DNA of 21,329 nucleotides from a virus (Duplodnaviria; Heunggongvirae; Uroviricota; Caudoviricetes): IMG/VR virus record IMGVR_UViG_3300029610_000212; one strand, 5' to 3'. Shown piece by piece: positions 16,432 to 21,329 of this stretch (position 1 is its first letter; each line of letters starts with the position of its first letter). The notes under the pieces were generated by a model. It saw only the letters and a program-made list of their open reading frames with translations, ran no database searches and was not told where the DNA came from. The position numbers and the translations under genes were made by a program.

Positions 16432-18338
16432 CAGACCAGTCCTCCATCCGTCAGACGGTTGTCCCCGTTAAAAGCCGGATTATTTCGGGTGACCGTGGTC
16501 AGTTCATCGGCAATGGCTTTTTCATCCTGCCCGGGAGCTGCATTAATTTCGAAGTGATAATCAAACTTCCGGTTATCGATAACCTGCCTGGACGGCGGCT
16601 GTTTATCCAGTGCGTCCATTTTCTGCAGCAGGTTTTCCCAGTAGCCCCCTGTTTTGTCCTCCTGCTCTCTGGCAGAACGCGGATCCGGGGCTTGTTGTTG
16701 TCGTGAAGAAAATGTGATTTCCGGTAGAACAGCAGGAAAGACGGGAGGTAACACATCTTTATTCCAGGCTTCGGTATTGTTCTCCGTCATTGCCGGAACG
16801 TAATGCATAAATGTGTTGTTTTCTGTCGTCGTCGGAGCGGTATGAATAACTGTGTTATTTTCCGTTGTTACCGGGGGCAACGATGCAGACTCCCGCTGGT
16901 TACGCTGTAAAGCGGTATTCCAGTTTAATAAGGATTCGTGGCTTTCCGGGGTCAGATAGTGATCAACAGACTGGTTAAATGCCTCATCATCCGAATCAAA
17001 ACCCAAATAACCACGTGTCGATGCCCAGGACTGTTTCACCTTTTCCGGTAAGTCCGGATGCGCTGTTAACTGCTGTTCAAACCATTCCCCCTGTCCACTT
17101 CGCTGCGCGGTCAGTCTGGCAAAGTCAACGGAACCTCTTCTGGCGAGCGCTTTCAGCACATCACGCTGATCTTCACGCTCATCCGGTAACAGCCAGGCCA
17201 GTTTTTTAGCCAGCGCATAGACAATTTTGCCAACAAAAACCACGCCCTGACCAAAGGTCAACACCCCGGGATAAAGATCGTTACGCAGGAAAGTGACAAT
17301 ACGCCTGACGCCGCCCCCTTTAAACCAGTCTGCCAGATCGTCCGTTAATCGCCGGATATCAGGTGCCAGCTCGTTACCCAGTTGCCCGGAAATCTCCGCC
17401 ACCGCCGAAGAGAACACCGTGCGCAGATTACTGATAGCCTGATTACCGGCAATCGCACCTTCTGCCCCCTCCCGGGTCACCAGGTTATAACGACGCTGCT
17501 CGTCCATCAGCTCCCGGTAGCTTCTGCCCGACTGTTTGATCAGCATCAGCAGCTTACTGGCCTCCCCGCCAAAAAGAGAGTCCAGCGCAAAAGATGCTTT
17601 TGCCTCATCCTGGAGACTGAGCGCCCGCTCAACAATTTTATCGAACTGCGCCATATCACTGAGCCCGGCAAAATCGCCCTCTTTAAATCCCAGCGTTTCA
17701 AAGGCATCCTGCAGAGAGCCCTGTTTCCCGTTTTGCTTATACTCACCCGCTTTGTGCAGATACTCCTCAAAAAGGTCACCAATATTTTCGGCATTCATAT
17801 CGTACTGCCGGGCCAGGGAGTCCCACGCACTGAAGGTGGCGACATCCACACCGTAGCTTTTCGCCACACTGGCGCGGGTGGCAGTTTCAGCATTCGTTGC
17901 TGCCGGGGCGATAAGCGTGCCGAGCGCTGAGGCCACCACACCACCGCCACCAAATGCCAGTCCGGTACCGAACATACCTCCGACCTGACCGGCAATCCCC
18001 AGACCACGCCGGAACAATCCCTTCCCGGCACCTTTGAATGCCTCAATCCGCTGTGCTTTTTGCATCTGGACATTCAGTTTCTGCTGCTCTGCCTCTGCCT
18101 TGCGGATCTCTCTGGAAACTTCGCTATAACGGCGTTTCAAATTTCCCAGACTTTCACCTGCCAGTTTCGCGCGTTTAATTTCAGCAGCCAGTTTTGTCTG
18201 CTCCTTTGTCAGACGTTCTGAACGTTTCCCGACATCATTCAGGCTCTTTTGTAAACCGTCAGCCGATCGCTTCCATGAACTGTCCAGGTTACCGCCAAAC
18301 GTGATAACGGCTTTAAGATTCTGGCTTATTCCGCCCAC
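16428..18338 (-). CDS. Phage tail tape measure protein (GTG start)
   Basis: 636-aa ORF with an N-terminal coiled-coil-rich segment, a Gly-rich hydrophobic segment (GLGIAGQVGGMFGTGLAFGGGGVVASALG) and short C-terminal tandem peptide repeats (TTENNTVIHTAP / TTENNTFMHYVPA / MTENNTEAW). First in-frame start is GTG at 18338, 10 nt after GGAG. Confidence 0.85.
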   Translation of the reverse strand: MGGISQNLKAVITFGGNLDSSWKRSADGLQKSLNDVGKRSERLTKEQTKLAAEIKRAKLAGESLGNLKRRYSEVSREIRKAEAEQQKLNVQMQKAQRIEAFKGAGKGLFRRGLGIAGQVGGMFGTGLAFGGGGVVASALGTLIAPAATNAETATRASVAKSYGVDVATFSAWDSLARQYDMNAENIGDLFEEYLHKAGEYKQNGKQGSLQDAFETLGFKEGDFAGLSDMAQFDKIVERALSLQDEAKASFALDSLFGGEASKLLMLIKQSGRSYRELMDEQRRYNLVTREGAEGAIAGNQAISNLRTVFSSAVAEISGQLGNELAPDIRRLTDDLADWFKGGGVRRIVTFLRNDLYPGVLTFGQGVVFVGKIVYALAKKLAWLLPDEREDQRDVLKALARRGSVDFARLTAQRSGQGEWFEQQLTAHPDLPEKVKQSWASTRGYLGFDSDDEAFNQSVDHYLTPESHESLLNWNTALQRNQRESASLPPVTTENNTVIHTAPTTTENNTFMHYVPAMTENNTEAWNKDVLPPVFPAVLPEITFSSRQQQAPDPRSAREQEDKTGGYWENLLQKMDALDKQPPSRQVIDNRKFDYHFEINAAPGQDEKAIADELTTVTRNNPAFNGDNRLTDGGLVW

Positions 18339-18440
18339 GGTTCATCGTCTCCAGTTCATCAGTAAGAAAATCAGAGAAAGTGCTGAACGGCATATCAAGA
18401 TAGTCCGACATAGGAAAATGCAGTCGCCGTCCAAGGAGTT

Positions 18441-18740
18441 TTATCGCCCGGAGGAGGTGTCTTTCGGACGCTTCGCGGGCGGTAGCATAAAAACATTGAA
18501 GGCATCCAGCAGTTGCGCATAGTCTGCAGCCGTCAGTTGCCAGATGTCTTTTTCACTGAGGTTGCACAACAGCGCAATCATCCGGGCTTCTTTTTCTTCT
18601 TCATTACCGCGATCTTTGGCATGAGCAATACGATCGCGCACCAGCGGTTCACGCATCGTCACTTCCTCAAGGATCACGCCACCCTCCAGAGTGACAGGGG
18701 AAAACAATCGGATAACGCGGGTTTCACCGGGAAAAGGCAT
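18441..18740 (-). CDS. Phage tail assembly chaperone (P2 gpE / lambda gpG analogue), probable -1 frameshift partner extending to 18313
   Basis: Start taken at the second ATG (18740-18738; MPFPGE...) because GGAGGTGATT sits immediately 5' of it, whereas the track's first ATG (18752) abuts a hairpin and T-run. The -1 frame is open from inside this gene through the 102-bp gap to a TAA at 18315-18313. Confidence 0.7.
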   Translation of the reverse strand: MPFPGETRVIRLFSPVTLEGGVILEEVTMREPLVRDRIAHAKDRGNEEEKEARMIALLCNLSEKDIWQLTAADYAQLLDAFNVFMLPPAKRPKDTSSGR

Positions 18741-18753
18741 AATCACCTCCATT

Positions 18754-18774
18754 AAAAAACGGCCCGCAGGCCGT
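18754..18774 (-). terminator. Intrinsic terminator/attenuator between the tube and chaperone genes
   Basis: Minus strand reads ACGGCC-TGCG-GGCCGT followed by TTTTTT (T-run at 18759-18754), ending 1 nt before the chaperone RBS. Confidence 0.5.
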
Positions 18775-18798
18775 CAGGTAGTTAAAGAACGGGAATAA

Positions 18799-19305
18799 TC
18801 AGAGACGAACTTTTGCCGCCAGACCCGACAACATATCGACACCATTTACCCGACGGGAAAAGCGCTCGGTATCAATGGCAAACAGTTCACGACCATCCAG
18901 CGTCTGTCGGTAATAACTGACCGCAATATCGACCGTGATGGCATTTTCAGAAAGATTATCCTTACCCCGCGCATCTGGCGTGACAGCCTGAATAAACCCT
19001 TCAATTTCCTCAACAGTACCGCGAGCAGTACCGTTGCCGAGATACCCCTGGTAGGCAGTAAAGCGGGAACGACTGCCACTGACAAAACCAAAGCTGGCCA
19101 GCATATCCGTGTCCAGACCGTAAAATTTCACCTGACAGGTCAGTGCTTCCATCCCGTCATCCACGGGCGTGGGCGCATCCTGGGCACCAGTTCGCAGGTC
19201 AGTTTTCACGATTGTCAGCGATGGTGGCGTAAACTCATGCGCCCCCTGAATACGGATCCCCTGCCGGAAGAAAGTCCAGGCACGTAGTGTATTTTTATCG
19301 CTCAT
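18799..19305 (-). CDS. Phage tail tube protein (P2 FII / Mu gpM-like)
   Basis: 168-aa ORF (P2 FII is about 172 aa) directly after the sheath gene; its ATG overlaps the sheath TGA (ATGA at 19305-19302). Confidence 0.85.
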   Translation of the reverse strand: MSDKNTLRAWTFFRQGIRIQGAHEFTPPSLTIVKTDLRTGAQDAPTPVDDGMEALTCQVKFYGLDTDMLASFGFVSGSRSRFTAYQGYLGNGTARGTVEEIEGFIQAVTPDARGKDNLSENAITVDIAVSYYRQTLDGRELFAIDTERFSRRVNGVDMLSGLAAKVRL

Positions 19306-20775
19306 GCTGCCAGCATCTCCTCAAGCGCATAGTTATTATTCACCCGGACGCGCAGACTAATAAGTTCAGTCGGCGATTTCGGTCCAAAGTCATAGTTGAT
19401 ATACAGGACACCTGCCGCCATGCTCTCTGCGGTATTAAGTTCTTCATCCAGCCAGGCCCGACCGCCGAAGATGGCGCCCAGTCCGACCAGTTGTCGCATA
19501 TAGGCATTAATGGTGCCGATAATGTCATCGGCATTTTCGCGATCCAGCGGACGGTCAACATACTCCAGCATGGTTTCCTGAATGCTGTCCTCGATAACAT
19601 CTGCTGTACGTCGTACGGATTCAAAACGCCACTGCGGATCGGTTGCGCACAGACGGTTTCCCCAGTGTTTAAAGCCCGCACGACGGATAATGGTGGATAC
19701 GTTCTGCATGTTGAGCTGGTTCGCATCGCAGTTTTCATCCCCGAGAATAAATTCGTCGATCTGCTCCACTCCGAGGATATTGTTGATGTCCTGGTTCGAT
19801 TTACTCCACCACCAGCCCTTTTCGTAGTCGATACGGGCACGTAATCCGGCGGCAAAAGCAGAGTAAGGGCGATACACTAACTGGCCATCCGCATCGGCAG
19901 CCTGTACACGCGGTCGCAACAGTTNNNNNNNNNNNNNNNNNNNNNNNNNNNNNNNNNNNNNNNNNNNNNNNNNNNNNNNNNNNNNNNNNNNNNNNNNNNN
20001 NNNNNNCCGCGCGTAATTTCCCGGCCACCGTTTCCAGGGCTTTCCCGACCGCATCGTCCTCACTGAATCCCGGCGCAATCACAATACGTGGCTGATACGT
20101 GGTAATGGATTTTGCTGATGACAGAAGCCCAATCCCTTTCAGTATGGCTGCCCGTTTTTTTGCCCCGTCAGTTTCATCAGCCACCCGCACCACCACTGTC
20201 AGCGCATTACGCTGATCATTAATCTCTGTCAGCGCCTGTTTGAGAGTCCCCTTGTCTCCCAGACGATTAATGAGCGCGGTGCCCGCCACAGCCACAGGCG
20301 TATTTAACGGAAAAGGCTCATCTTCGCCCCCTTCCAGCTTTACACTGAACGTTGCCAACAGCCCCTCGCCACTGCCTTCGGCCTGAACTTTGACGCCATC
20401 CAGCGCATTGACCACACTGACCACATCAGCAGGTCGCGCCGTGATCACCCCCTGCTCATCACAGCCCAGTGTCACCGTCAGTTTGTGCGTAACGTCATCC
20501 CAGGATGCCGATGTGTTAACAGCCTGCGGGCTTTCCGTATCTGGTACCGCCGCCACCGCGTCCACCTGGATAACATTGCCAGCCCGGCCCCTCTCCTTTG
20601 CTGTGAAGTTCAGAACGTTATCCAGAATCGGCGTCCCGGTGGTGACCGCTGCCGCACTCCCGGCAGACGACTCCGGTGCCGTGCCCACCAGACCGATAAT
20701 AGCCGTCTGGATAGTGGTCACCGCCACAGTTCCCGAGGTCAGTTCAATTGTTTCAACACCATGTAACTGAGACAT
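19302..20775 (-). CDS. Phage contractile tail sheath protein (P2 FI / Mu gpL-like), interrupted by an 82-N run at 19925-20006
   Basis: Track ORFs 19801..20850 and 19302..20078 are the N- and C-terminal parts of one sheath-sized protein (about 490 aa) split by the N-run. Start taken at MSQLHGVETIELTSG (ATG 20775-20773, preceded by GGAGAAAGAC). Confidence 0.85.
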
Positions 20776-20791
20776 GTCTTTCTCCAGCCAT

Positions 20792-20813
20792 AAAAAAACC
20801 TGCCGCAGCAGGT
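20792..20813 (-). terminator. Intrinsic terminator between the spike-like gene and the sheath gene
   Basis: Minus strand reads ACCTGC-TGCG-GCAGGT (20813-20798) followed by TTTTTT (20797-20792). It starts at the last base of the upstream TGA and lies about 17 nt before the sheath ATG. Same TGCG loop as the 18754-18774 hairpin. Confidence 0.55.
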
Positions 20814-21329
20814 CACATTTTCTGATTAGGTTTATCCGTACTCCCGCCACTGTCGCCGGGGTGGTTGTGCTCGTTAAAGATGTTGCGGATCCCGCTCATA
20901 CTGCCGGTTTTGTCGGTAATTTCTGCAGAGGCACCAATATTACCCTTCACCGTCGTATCGGCGTTAATCTGCGTTTTCCCCTGTACAGTCAGGGTATCGG
21001 TGATTTCAACCGGACCATCAAGCGTACCCTTACCGGTGATTTTGTAAGTGCCTCCTTCGGTCAGGGTGATCGTCAGGGCATGAGCTGCCCGGTCATACCG
21101 GATCTCTGTGCCGTCGCTGTAACGGGTAATATGTTCGCTGTCGCTGCCCTCCGGCACGGGTAATTTCCCGGTGTTCCAGCCAGGAAACACCCGCCCGTTG
21201 TTTAACTCTCCGGCCTCCGACAACACTGTCACCGCATCACCGACGGCATAAGGATTCGAATCAGCCCGGTTTGCGCCAGAAAAACCCTGACACAGCGGCA
21301 GCCAGGTCGTGATGATATCGCCCAGATCA
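20813..21329 (-). CDS. Phage baseplate central spike, P2 gpV-like (5' end beyond the window)
   Basis: The frame is open from 20813 to the window end with no stop in 21233-21329; the track's start at 21232 is a GTG. The C-terminal region has beta-helix-like repeats and a terminal NEHNHPGDSGG motif, i.e. the HxH iron-binding apex signature of gpV-type spikes. Confidence 0.6.
   Translation of the reverse strand, partial: DLGDIITTWLPLCQGFSGANRADSNPYAVGDAVTVLSEAGELNNGRVFPGWNTGKLPVPEGSDSEHITRYSDGTEIRYDRAAHALTITLTEGGTYKITGKGTLDGPVEITDTLTVQGKTQINADTTVKGNIGASAEITDKTGSMSGIRNIFNEHNHPGDSGGSTDKPNQKM

Noticed and set aside
17382-18073. ORFs 17382..17930 (+), 17536..17856 (+), 17546..17794 (-) and 17795..18073 (-) within the tape measure gene
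   Set aside because: Alternative-frame or antisense ORFs inside the 636-aa tape measure ORF; no independent support.
18741-18752. First ATG (18752) as the chaperone start
   Set aside because: It directly abuts the terminator T-run with no RBS, and the sequence following it (GGAGGTGATT) is itself the RBS for the next ATG at 18740.
10526-21329. Tail module as a type VI secretion system or Afp/PVC-type extracellular contractile injection system
   Set aside because: There is no ClpV/Afp15-type AAA+ ATPase, TssB/C sheath pair or VgrG-sized spike. The gene sizes and order (FI/FII, E with frameshift partner, T, U, X, D, W, J, I, H, G) are those of P2/Mu-type phage tails or tailocins.

Overview
This 21.3-kb window looks like Escherichia coli and crosses a chromosome/island boundary. 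Every call below is from reading the sequence and the ORF track against remembered protein-family features; no database search or computation was run. (1) 1-6919: the distal part of the E. coli common pilus (ECP/Mat) chaperone-usher operon on the + strand (ecpB 5'-partial, ecpC usher, ecpD tip adhesin, ecpE chaperone), followed by ykgJ (+) and yagU (-), with recognisable intrinsic terminators. (2) 6920-8316: a junction scar with an orphan + strand terminator, a degraded phage-integrase C-terminal remnant with an in-frame stop, a 47-nt 3' fragment of tRNA-Thr(CGU) (thrW-type attachment core, no 5' half), and a 5'-truncated IS3-family transposase remnant. (3) 8317-10525: an AT-rich cargo gene for a 430-aa YadA/Eib-like trimeric autotransporter adhesin with 78-bp in-frame tandem repeats, preceded by about 900 bp of extremely AT-rich non-coding DNA. 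(4) 10526-21329: a contiguous minus-strand P2/Mu-like contractile-tail module in the order V-like spike (partial), sheath, tube, chaperone, tape measure, U, X, D, W, J, I, tail fiber, tail-fiber assembly. Two N-runs (1443-1452 and 19925-20006) interrupt ecpC and the sheath gene and create artificial frame breaks. I saw no rRNA, no intact tRNA and no CRISPR array. I did not find an unambiguous new defence or other system; the most unusual content is the adhesin cargo cassette with its long AT-rich leader, the atypical organisation and internal terminators of the tail module, and the tandem-integration scar at the thrW-type site.
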